64,000 nt of DNA from the human T2T-CHM13v2.0 reference genome, Homo sapiens: the NCBI RefSeq assembly GCF_009914755.1, contig NC_060928.1. One strand, 5' to 3'. Under the pieces are notes generated by a model. The model saw only the letters and a list, made by a program, of their open reading frames with translations. It was not told where the DNA came from and ran no database searches. Below, one piece after another: positions 18,523-31,079 of this stretch; positions within the stretch are counted from its first letter, which is position 1; each line of letters begins with the position of its first letter. The translations under genes and the position numbers were made by a program.

Positions 18523-18529
18523 TTCTTTT
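18206..18529. repeat. Compound (TTC)n/(CTC)n microsatellite incl. pure (CTC)15 (18352-18396) and (TTC)38 (18397-18510)
   Basis: Read directly; 324 nt with a single purine (G18228) on + strand. Confidence 0.97.
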
Positions 18530-18649
18530 AATTAGAGAGGAGGCCTCACTATGTTGCCCGAGCTGATCTTGAACTCCTGGGCTCAAGCAATCCTCCTGCC
18601 TCAGTCTCCAAAGTAGCTGAGATTACTGGTGTGTACCACTGCACCTAGC
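18527..18649 (-). mobile_element. Alu left monomer/FLAM whose tail position is occupied by the GAA tract
   Basis: ctcactatgttgccc...gaactcctgggctcaagcaatcctcc...; monomer length. Confidence 0.8.
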
Positions 18650-19537
18650 AACACATAGTTTTTTGAAGATGTACAAAAATTTGATTCTTGGAATGGATTT
18701 ATAAGAAAGCTTTGCATTTCCTCTGGGTTGAGGGAAACAACTTTATTAATTGCAGTGTCTTTGGAACAGGTACATATTTTAATATTATTAGAGAAAGAAT
18801 TTCTGGCCTGCAAATAATTGGATATGAACTAGAGAATAAATATCTTCCTACATTGCAGGAGAAAGTAAAACATAACATCCTGTTTCTATCCACAGATACT
18901 TAAGAGGGAAAGGGAGAAGGAAAGGAAAGAATGGAATTGGGAATTACATGGCATAACTTGGGATACCTGTTTTACAGCTAAATCATTTGTGATCTGATTT
19001 CCATGTTGGTGGGACTTGGCCTGTTTCTGGCAGGTTCCTCCTGCCTTCCCTCATTTTCCCCAGCTTTCTTCATTCATCACAGGTTCTTTTTTCTACCATC
19101 TTCTGTGGGTAAAATCTAGGGGGCTTGTGACCCTCTGAGATGGTTCTTGCTGCACGTGTCTGTGCACAGCACTGAGAAGCAAAGTACACACACAGTCAGT
19201 TCTTGCACCAGTCAGGAGCAGCTTGCCTCCACCTACAAAACACAGGGTGATCATGCGTCTAAGGAACTGATTATCTTTTCCATTTCTTATCTTCTGCACA
19301 AGCCAATGGTAAGTTCTGTTTACTTACTTATCTTGGCTTATGCACAAGTAAACTGTAGGTATTGTTTTTCATTTACGAGGTTTTTGCTATCCTTGGGTTG
19401 GTTTATAATGTTGTTAGTCAGACCAGGTTGTGTCTTAATGTCCAGACAGTGAGTTAGGGTATTACAGACCCACCAACTGGATTTTCCTCTGAAGCAAAAT
19501 CTACTAAAGGTGTGTCAGCCATTTTGTTAGGCTTGAG

Positions 19538-20200
19538 CAGGGGCGGGCAAACTATGGCCTGTGAGCCAAATCTGGCCCACGGCCTGTTTTTGTACAACCA
19601 GTGAGCTAATGATGGTTTTTATGTGTTTAAATAATTTGGAAAAAACCAACAGAAAAATAATATTCTGTGACATGAGAAAATTATTTCAAGTTTCAGTGTT
19701 TATAAATATAATTTTATTGAACACAGTTATAATCATTCCTTTAACAACTGTTATTTATTTGTTTGTTTATATACTTATTTATTTTGAGACAGGGTCTGTC
19801 TTTGTTGCTTAGGATGGCAGTGCATGGTGCAATCACAGCTCACTGCAACCTCTCCTCCCGGGTTCAAGCGATCCTCCCACCTCAGCCTCCCAAGTATTTG
19901 GGACTACAGGTGTGCACCACCATGCACGGCTAGTTTCTTTGTATTTTTTGTAGAGACAGGGTTTTGCCATGTTGCCCAGGCTGGTCTCAATTTTCTGAGC
20001 TCAAGCAATCTGCCTGCCTCAGCCTCTGAAAGTGCTGGGATTACAGGCATGAGGCACCACACCCAGCCCCTTTACCTACTGTTAATGGCTGCTCTAACAC
20101 TACAATAAAATTGGGCAGTTGCAACGGATACTGTATTGACTCACAAGTCAATAAAGTGTTTGCTATACTGGCCCTTTACAGAAAAGGTTTGCTGACCTCT
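19538..20200. mobile_element. MER58-like hAT-Charlie element interrupted by antisense Alu (19751-20069)
   Basis: Ends caggggcgggcaaact / aggtttgctgacctct; ggccctttacagaaaa motif. Confidence 0.8.
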
Positions 20201-20224
20201 TTGCTTGTATAATTAAACAGCAAC

Positions 20225-20730
20225 AATAGTTCACATATTTTGAGTCTTCCTATGTGCCAGGCAACGTGCTAAGCATCTTTTGGGCATTGTTTAATCCTCA
20301 TAACAACCCTATAAAAAGTATCTCTTTTAAAAAGTAAAAAGTATCTCTTTTACTTTTTACAGATGAAGAAAAGGAGGGTAAGAGAGGTGGTGTAATTTGG
20401 CCAAAATCACACTGTTGGGCAGTATCAGAGCTGGGATTTGTACCCACATTTGTCTGATTCCAGAGCCTGGATTCTTATCCACCACAGAACACCAACATGC
20501 CTGTATTTCCTAGGTGGGTCTGAAGTAGAGGCCACAGATAAAAATTGTTAATTGTCTGAAGCTTAATTAACTTCTATTTCAAGTAATTTAATTTAGTTTA
20601 TTATTTGAGATTTAGTATCTGTCTCTGTTATGAGAATGTGTACATTCCTTAAGGATAGTGACTATCTGTGGCTCCTAACACAGTGCCTAGCACATAGTAG
20701 AAGCTAAGTTAAAAATCTGTTGAATGAAGT
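20225..20730. mobile_element. MIR followed by L2 3' end
   Basis: tatgtgccagg...ttttacagatgaagaaa; cagtgcctagcacatagtag...tgttgaatgaa. Confidence 0.7.
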
Positions 20731-21425
20731 GGATAGGGAGTAGGAAAGAGGGTGGGAGAAAGGGGGAGGAAGAATAGAGGATGAGAGACATTATCAAGGA
20801 AGAGTCAGGGTGCCTAGCATTGGCCCTAAGGTCATGGATGGCTCTGCTTGGCACTGGGCTCACCCTGACCAAGGGCTCACAACACCCTCGGGTCAGGCCT
20901 CACCTGACCGTGCACACATTCCATCTGCTGCTGCTTGACTTCTATTCTTCCGCCCTTGCTCTTCCCCTCTGCCTCTGGTGGCCTTGTGGCTTCCTGGCAC
21001 TGGTCCAGATGCAATGCCAACCTTGAGAGGCGCATCAATGTTTGTTTAGAGTGCATTCATTTGGAGGAGGATGTGGAAGTGAGGCCTCCCGTTCTCATGT
21101 CCAGAGACGATGACTTACATCAAAGGGCAAAACTGACGCTGGAAGGGGACCAAAAGGAATCATTTCTCTTCTGATCTTTTTAAGAAGGCTGCTGGCTCTA
21201 AGGGAGAGATGCTGGCCACTGAGGACTCATTTCCACAGGCCGCTGACCAGCACAAAAGTCCAGGTTTCTTTCTCATGAGAACCAGTGGCAGGTAGGCATG
21301 AACAGACTCTCTTCCTTCCTGGGACTGGCCTGGGACTAGAGTTAGTGTGAGACCTCAGCAAGAGTAACAAAGTAGCACTGCAGCCTCTCAGCTGTGTCAA
21401 AAACAGCAGGGAGACACCAGTGCTA

Positions 21426-21845
<420 letters not shown>

Positions 21846-22090
21846 TTATTGATGTATTTTATTTGGCTTATGAAAAGGTGATGAAGTGTAGTGTTTTATT
21901 AAACTATTCATATGCCCAAAAAAACCCCACAAATGCTTACTGAATCCTTAAATGAGCCCAGCTCCAGGAGTAAAAAAAGTGAATTATCAGTCATTTCTAA
22001 AGGAACTCATAAATCTAGTAGTGGCCATAATAATGATAGTAATAATTAATGTTCTGACTGCTTATGATGCATCAGGCATTGGATCATGTG

Positions 22091-22388
22091 TTTTTTTTTT
22101 TTTTTTGAGATGGAGTCTCGCTCTGTCCCCCAGGCTGGAGTGCGGTGACACAGTCTCTGCTCACTGGCGCGTCCGCCTCTGGGATTCAAGCGATTCTTGT
22201 GCTTCAGCCTCCTGAATAGCTGGGATTACAGGCGCCTGCCACCATGCCCGGCTAATTTTTATACTTTTAATAGAGACAGGGTTTCACCATGTTGGCCAGG
22301 CTAGTCTTGAACTCCTGAGCTCAGGTGATCCACCTGTCTCAGCCTCCCAAAGTGCTGAGATTACAGGCGTGAGCCACCGCACCCGGCC
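22091..22388 (-). mobile_element. Alu (AluS-like) inserted in MIR
   Basis: Antisense Alu; MIR motifs flank it. Confidence 0.9.
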
Positions 22389-23029
22389 TAGATCAGGTTC
22401 TTTACATAGACTAAACAAACCATTTCCTTCTCCTAACAACGCTATGTAGTCAGTACCCTTGTCATCCCCCGTACACTTGAGGTAATTGAGGAATACAGGT
22501 TAAATTACTTACCCAGGGTTATACAACTTGTAAGTGGCAGAGCCAGGATCCAAACCCATTCTTGGCTCTAGAGCCCATCCTCTTCTCCACTACCGCACCT
22601 GAGACTTACTGTGTGTTAGGCATGGGGCTGACAGTGACACACTGGATCATTTAATCATCACAATGGCATTAGGAGGTAGCATTTTACAAACGAGCTAACA
22701 GACAGGCAAGGAGCAACCTGCAGATAAAGCAAATCCAGATATGTCTCCAGAGCCCGTGCCTTAATCGCAGATGCATTCTGACTTTCATCATAGGATTCTA
22801 ATCGTGGATGAAAGTGACCCTGAGTTGTAGTGCCAGGCAGGTTGCTTAGGAAAATACTCTTCTGGTAACATGTTGGAGGGGCAGCCTTCTGAGGATGGTG
22901 TCAGATTCCCCTGTCCTCTGATTAGCTCCCTCTGCCAAGGTGCCCAGGCTCCTACTTCAGTGTCACCTCCAGGTTTCAAAGCATGGAAACCCAAGCATGT
23001 TACTCGGAGAAAGTCCCACCCCCAGCATG

Positions 23030-23780
23030 GGCGCATCGGCTTAGAACCCTCCAGGGTTAGCAGGCAAAGAGCTGTCGACCCCGGACACGGGAAAAGGCCA
23101 CAGTCGGGAGAACTCCTGTTGCTGGAGGGCCAGGCGGGGGCGATCCCCAGGGCTCCCAGCTTTTAATGCTGTCACCGCGGGCCTTACTCCCTCCTCTTCC
23201 CCACATCGCCACCACTTGAATCAGTTCTTTTACAAAGTGGTTCTATTTCCTGGTGAGACAAAAAGGTTAGAAAAGGAAACCTAGAGGGGGTGGGGGAAAG
23301 ACAGAGGTTCGGAATACCGGCGCGCAATCGCCATCTGGGTGGAGGGGACCCGCCTTCTTTTCTTCCGCCTGAGCGCAGCTCGGCTCCCGCCTCGGGGCGG
23401 GGCCTGTTGCTATGGAGCCCGGGCCCCGGCAGAGCCTGCGGGGTGAAAGCCCCTAGGGCTCCGCCTGGCATGCGTGGCCGGGGCTGTCTGAGATTTCCCC
23501 AGGTCGGTGGTTATGACCGCAGGATGGAATCGTAGAGGTCGGGTGATTTGGTCAGTAGAGAGGAACATTTGCGAGGTTCTCTCTGAATTACATGTTGGTC
23601 TAAAAGTAATCCACTATCTGGGACCGAGAGGAAAGCATGTGTGGAAGAGGCAGGCATTATTAGCAGCGCGTCCGCCTCGGCCACCTCCCTGCTCCCGCCT
23701 CGGCCACCTCCCTGCTCCCGCCCCGGCCCTGGGGGCCTCTGTTCAGCCTCCACCAGCTCAGTCGCCCACGGAGACTCCCG
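23030..23780. promoter_or_regulatory. CpG-rich island, candidate alternative TRIM2 promoter
   Basis: Non-repeat, GC-rich stretch with many retained CpGs in a CpG-depleted background; GC box GGGGCGGGG at 23394-23402 and several CCGCC motifs. Confidence 0.7.
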
Positions 23781-24201
23781 AACTCTTAAATCCCAGCCCT
23801 CTAGTCAAAACCACTGCATTAATTAAACAAGGTAAACTGGTGAGGCAAGCAGGAACTTGACACCGCCTTGAATTTAATTGTTAAAATGAGAAGTGTGGTA
23901 ATGGAGCTCTGCTTAAGAGAAAAACAATACTTGATACCGATGTGCACATCGATGTGGACACGGATGCAATCAGGAACCCATAGTTAGCACCGGGAGATTA
24001 CATTCTGGGTATACTCAAGATAGATAGAGTCAACTTTGAATTCTCGAGGCCAAGCAATGGGCGAAACAAAAGAGCTTTGTGTTTGCGTGCTTTTGCTTTT
24101 TGTTACAGTCAGAGCAGGACAAAGAATAATGAAGGAGTAGACATGTTATTACTTGGGCATTTAATAATCAGTGCATGGCAGAGCCTTGTGTTTTGCTTGT
24201 C

Positions 24202-24576
<375 letters not shown>

Positions 24577-24689
24577 TAATGGGATGGTTTGTTAGTACCT
24601 AGAAAAAAAAGCATCCTGAGTTCCATAAGAATAAATGATACCAGACCAACCAAAATTCCTCCTTGGATAGGGTTGCTGGGCATGAATTT

Positions 24690-24860
24690 ATGTCCAGTAT
24701 GAGTCAATATGAGAAAAGTGCCAGGACCTCAGAGGTAATTAATAGAAGGATAGAGCCTGGAGCAAGCAAAGTGATGGTCTTGCTCTGCTCTGTGCTGGGC
24801 AGATCCCACCTGGATATGTCTTCAGTTTGGGGCAGCTCCCTGTGGGAAACATACTGGGCA
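24690..24860 (+). mobile_element. L3/CR1 LINE ORF2 C-terminal fossil
   Basis: Translation VINRRIEPGASKVMVLLCSVLGRSHLDMSSVWG resembles the CR1 motif INRSI..R.REVI.PLYSALVRPHLEYCVQFW. Confidence 0.65.
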
Positions 24861-25609
24861 GGGAGTCAGGGGTGCTTGACCTGGGTCACCTTTACTGCAA
24901 ATACAGCCCGGCTGCAAAGGGCTATCCTGATCCTTGAGACTCTGAGCTGAAGGCAGATAACTCAGTCCCCAGGAGTGATTTTGAGAGGTTCTGTTTGTGT
25001 CATTTATTTTTTTGTCACCAGTGCCTTGTATACCACCTGGCACACAATCACTTGTGCAATGTATAACATTAAAGGGTCATCTGAAGGCCAGGCCAGTTCT
25101 GGTGTGAATTCTTGGGTTGGAACTGGGTCAGCTGGTTCCCAATTAATCTACTCCTATCCACATAACCCCAATAGGTTAAGGCCAACTTGCACCTTTTCTC
25201 TTTTAAGGATGCTTAAGAGAAAGTCCTTTCTGCTTCATTCACCATTACTTCCTGACAGTCCTGTTTGTCCTTAAAACCTCCCCCACAGCCACTAATGAAT
25301 GATCCCAACCCCTAAACATAGGAGGCCTCACCAGGGCTACTGCCAGTAGAGAGGAAGGGGCTCGGCCTCTTGGGGTCCAAACCAAACCACTCAATCAAAC
25401 TGACTACAGAGAGTCTGGACTGTCCAGAAGGAGCTTGGCTTTGAGGGCCACACCTGGAGTGCTGAACTGTGAAATCCATCATAACAATACTTCCTCTCCA
25501 GTTGCTCATGACTGAACTGAAGGCTGGAAATAATTACTTCTTACCATCTTCTTTCATAAAACCATTGGGCAATACTTTTCATAAAGTTTTTATGTTTGTT
25601 TTTCTTTAT

Positions 25610-26215
<606 letters not shown>

Positions 26216-26604
26216 ATAAAGCTTGTTGAAATCAGAGACACAGAAAATGAAATGATTGCATTAGGCAGCGTTTATAAGCTCCTGATTTGTTTGCCTCTTC
26301 TAGTTGGTTATATCTATCTCACACTGAAACACATCACCTCTCTACTTAGCTGGCTTTGTTCTACTCTGGAGTTGCCTGATTACTGTTCCTGTTCTTGCAC
26401 ATCCTGGGGCAGGTGACATACTGAAAGAGGAACGGTGCCAGCCACAAGACCTGGACTCTAGTTCACCTCTATTACATTATGGTTACTCCATCCTGGGCTG
26501 GTCACTTTACCTTTCTAAATCTCAATTTCCACTAAAATAACAATGCCTGCTCTACCCGTTTCTGGGTTAGCTTTGAGGATCAAAGAGAAAATCTATGAAG
26601 GTAC

Positions 26605-26894
26605 TTTCTTTTTTCTGAGATGGAGTCTCACTCTGTCACCCAGGCTGGAGTGCAGTGGCATGATCTCGGCTCACTGCAACCTCTGCTGCCCAGGTTCAAG
26701 ATTCTCCTGCCTCAGCCTCCTGAGTAGCTGGGATCACAGGCACCTGCCACTGCACCCAGCTAATTTTTGTAGTTTTATTAGTGACGGGGTTTCACTATCT
26801 TGGCCAGGCTTGTCTTGAACTCCTGACCTTGTGATCCACCCACTTCAGCCTCCCAAAGTGCTGGGATTACAGGCGTAAGCCACCACTCCTGGCC
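26605..26894 (-). mobile_element. Alu (AluS-like), TSD ctatgaaggtac(t/c)ttct
   Basis: Antisense Alu and flanking duplication. Confidence 0.92.
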
Positions 26895-27009
26895 TATGAA
26901 GGTACCTTCTAAATCATAAACTACCAGATATGAAGAATTGCCTATCCATAACAGTCTCTGATCCAACTAATTCTGAGATGAACTTTCACCTTTATGTCAT
27001 ATTATGTCA

Positions 27010-27580
27010 TTTGTTCATTCATAGAACTTTCATCATTCCCTATCTACTTATTGGGCACCTAGTATGTGACAGGCACTGCACTAAGGGTTAGTGAGTTAAA
27101 GGTAAAAGATGGAACCTTCAACAGTTTCTAGCAAGAATGCTGTGGAGTACACAGGAGTGGTACTCAATCCAGACTGTGGGTGGGAGGATCTGGGCATCAG
27201 AGGAAGACTCAGAGAATCCTTCCTAAAGTGAGTGGTGGCTTTGCTGAGTTCTAAAGGAGCGCAAGAAGTTAACCAGGGGCAAGAGGCAGGAGAGGCTGAG
27301 AGTGTTCCTGGCAGAACAAGTGGTAAGTGAGCCTAGAGATTAGTGTTTCTCAAAGGAGATGCTACTGACATTAGTGTTGTGGGGACAGATGTACTTTTAA
27401 CGTACTCTCCCAAGCATTGGAGCAGGTTTGGCATCCCTACACATAGGCACTAAATGTTAGTAGTTACCCACCCCCACACACACTGGGTATGACAGCCATA
27501 GTGCCCCTTCACATTTCCAAATGCACACCCTACTACCCCATGGGAGGGGTTGGTACCATTCCTTGGCTGAGAGCCACTGC
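27010..27580. mobile_element. L2 fragment followed by MER20/MER5-like hAT MITE
   Basis: ttattgggcacctagtatgtgacaggcactg; tagtgtttctcaa...tgagagccactg. Confidence 0.6.
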
Positions 27581-27600
27581 TAAAAAAATACATGTGGAAC

Positions 27601-28145
27601 TGTCAGAGGTGTTTGAACCTGAGCAACTCCATCTTGAATAGGAGTCAGGTAAAATGAGGCTGAAACCTACTGGGCTGCATTCCCAGATGGTTAAGCCATT
27701 CTAAGTCATAGGATGAGATAGGACGTCGGCACAACATACAGACCTTGCTGATAAAACAGGTTGTAGTAAAGGAGCCGGCCCAAACCCACCAAAACCAAGA
27801 TGGCCTCCAGAGTGACCTCTGGTCCTCCTCACTGTTACACTCCCACCAGCGCTGCGACAGTTTACAAATGCCATGGCAATGTCAGGAAGTTACCCTATAT
27901 GTTCGAGAAAGGGGAGGCATGAATAATCCACCCCTTGTTTAGCATATCATCAAGAAATAACCATGTAAATGGGGAACCAGCAGCCCTCAGGGCTGCTCTG
28001 TCTATGGAGTGGCCATTCTTTTATTCCTTTACTTTATTTATAAACTTGCTTTTACTTTGCATTGTGGACTCGCCCTGAATTCCTTCTTGCAGGAGATCCA
28101 AGAACCCTCTCTTGGGGTCTGGATCGGGACCGCTTTCCAGTAACA
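27601..28145 (+). mobile_element. MER41A-like ERV1 solo LTR
   Basis: TG...CA ends (tgtcagaggtgtttgaac...ttccagtaaca), sequence follows the MER41A consensus as I recall it; 4-bp TSD gaac/gaat. Confidence 0.88.
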
Positions 28146-29149
28146 GAATGTCTTATGAACAGACTGTGACTAGGGAGGACAGAAGGTGGAAAATAATCAG
28201 GAAGCAGATGCCGGATTGTAAATTACTTTGTATGCCATCCTAAGATGTTCATTTTCTGGGATAAATTTTCTTGAGCAGGGATAGGCAGACTGTATATAAA
28301 GTGCATTGGATTGAACTTGGCACATCATACAGGGTCAGTAAATACTGGATCGCTATCTCTCATGCTCCTGCCAATCCCAATTTAGTAGCGTACATCCTCT
28401 TCTTATGCATAGGCACCGTCTGTATACTTCTCCAGTGCACAAATCATAGTCAGACTGGCTGATGGCAGTTTAGCTCTAATCTCCATTCAGCTGGATGGAA
28501 ACAGTGGGGAGAGGCAAGACAGCTCCAAGAAGTCAATAAGGTGTGCAGTGGCTGTAATCCCAAGAATCCTGGGCTCTTCTCTGCCCTTGAGACCCCCGAG
28601 TCCGGCCACTTGAGGCCACAATATGGGAAACTCCAACTCAGAAGCATAACCAGCAGCCACTATTACCATCTACCTACCTGTTTTCAGGAAGTGCCAAGGA
28701 GATGATGCTTGGCATTTCCGTGGGGGCCTCCCACGGTTACCCAAGCCCCAACTTATAAACAGTTGGACTCATTTGCCAAGACATATGCTAAAAATGAGGC
28801 TGCATTTTCCTATAATAAGCAATATTATGTTTGTTTGTTAGATTCACAGCTGAGCCCCCAAAACCCATTTAACCCATATAGTAGTTAAGCCATTGTGGTG
28901 AGGATGTTTGAAACCCAGCTATCCTATGTAATGCTATTTCCAGGGGAAAAATATTCCCAATTCCAGGTAAAAGATCAGAAACAGATATCACCTGCATTTG
29001 TTCCACCTTCACCCCAGGCTTCAGCTATACTTAGGTATTACTCTCTGGTCCCATGAACCATCTCATGCCTTTGACTGTGCTGCACTCAGTGCTTGAAATG
29101 CTCCGCACACCCCGCACACCTCCCTGGCCCTGTGTATCCCTTCTATGGG

Positions 29150-29360
29150 CGCCCAGAGCATTTGCTTCCTCTTGCTCTCAAGCATTTACCACTCTGCATT
29201 GCAATTGCTTGCTTACTAATCCATCTCCCACACTAGATTGTGACCTCCCTGAGGGCTCAGAAATATTAAATTCTTCTCTGTATCCTCATTGCCTACTCAG
29301 TGCTTGGAACACACGACACTCAACAAGTCTTCATTGGAATGAATGATTGAATGAGTAAGT
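29150..29360 (+). mobile_element. L2 3' end
   Basis: ccacactagattgtgacctccctgagggc...cagtgcttggaacac...gaatgaatga. Confidence 0.75.
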
Positions 29361-29704
29361 TAACATCCTCTGGCTGGAAGCCCAGCAACAAGACCAAAGA
29401 TCTCTCCCACTTCTCCACCTTCAGAAAACAGAGACCTGGTCTAGTTATAGGTCTCAAGAATCTGGGTTGACTGGAAGAAGAGAATGAGAGAGATCAGGAC
29501 AAAGAATGTGCTGGGGGGCGGGGTCAGCATTTGATGAATTTGGCTTTGGGATAGGCTTAGTAGCAGAATGAGAAGAAGAAAGGACTCCTGTTGTAGTAAG
29601 TCAGACACCTGTCTGATGGCCTGTCTTAGGCTTGTAAAACTCAGTGGGGGTAGCCTGCTTCCAGTTTTAGAAGTGGGTCCTAATTAAACTGTAAACTTCT
29701 AAAG

Positions 29705-30232
29705 CAGAACATACGTCCGCACAAAACCTTGTGCACAAATGTTTATAGCAGCACTGTTCATAATGGCCAAAAAGTGGAAACAACCCAGTGTCCATCGACT
29801 GATGAACAGATGAACAAAATGTGCTAAATTCACGCAATGGAATATCGTTCAGCCATACAAAGGAACGAAATACTGACACATGCTACCACATGGATGAACT
29901 TGGAAAACATTCTGCCAAGTGAAAAGAGCAAGACACACAAGACCACATATTATATGATTCCATTCCAGAATAGGGAAACCTTTAGCGACAGAAAGTAGAT
30001 TAGTGATTGCTTAGGACTGTGGGGATGTGATGTGGGAGGGAAGAGAGAGATAGCTAAAGGGTATGGGTTGGGTGTTTGTTTGTTTGTTTGTCTGAGATGA
30101 TGAAAATGTTCCAAAATTGGCTGTGGTAATAGTTGCCCACATCTATGAATATACTAAAAGCCATTAAATTGTACACTTTAAATGGGTGAATTATATGGTA
30201 TGTGAATTACAATTCAATGAAGCTTTAAAAAA
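29705..30232 (+). mobile_element. L1MB/MC-type 3' end
   Basis: atgtttatagcagcactgttcataatggccaaaaagtggaaacaaccc...attgtacactttaaatgggtgaattatatggtatgtgaatta. Confidence 0.85.
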
Positions 30233-31079
30233 ATCCACAAAACTTCTAAAATAGGGTGTTAACTGGGATTTTGAGAACTGTGTATCACCTAAAATGGCAC
30301 GCCAAAGTTGGCATGTTATGTGCATTTCTGGGGTCTGTCAATTTTGCTGTATTCTCTGTGATCCCCCTCCTCCTACTACCACCAAAGGTAATCACCACTG
30401 CTCTGCAGAGCTGAGGCCCCTTCAAGGGCTCACTGTAATGCTTGACTGCGTGGAAAGAATGTGATAAATATTAATGTAATCAAATATGCAGATGCCCAGT
30501 TTTTTAAAATAAACATTATTAGCAATCCCTTTGAAACTAATAACTAACCAAGGAATAGGATGCAATACTGTTCCCTGCGTTTATTGTTGTAGAAAAAGGA
30601 ACGGTTGTGAATTCTACTCTGATATGTAAGATTTTTTATTCTAAATTATTATTTGTAATATGGAGACCTAATCACTATCATATGGCTACTTGCTGATCAT
30701 TTTTACATTATTTATACCTTTTACAACTAAGTTTAATGACTTGGCAGGAAATTAAGTTATGTTATTTGTCAAGTTTCTCAACTTTTAACTGAAAACTTCA
30801 TGATCAGAAGAAGAACAAGGTCTGGTTATCCCCGAATCAAAATATGTACCATATGATTTTTCTCTGAATCATTAGAACCACAGAAAGCAAAGAAATGTCA
30901 TTGCATGATTTGACTTTGTGGAACCATACTTTATAGACCCTGCCCTGGGGTAAATACCAAGAGAGGAAAAGTAGTAGGGGCTTGTGGAACTGGACTGTTT
31001 GTTTGTTTGTTTGTTTGTTTGTTTGTTTTTTGCATTTAAAAAAATTATGATATGTGTTTAAAGCTACTTGAGACATCTA

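Noticed and set aside
27900-27912. TTCGAGAA in the MER41 LTR as a STAT site
   Set aside because: Spacing is TTC-N2-GAA, not GAS (N3), and it has only two HSE half-sites.
29053-29346. 97-aa ATG ORF
   Set aside because: Overlaps an L2 3' end; no recognisable protein.
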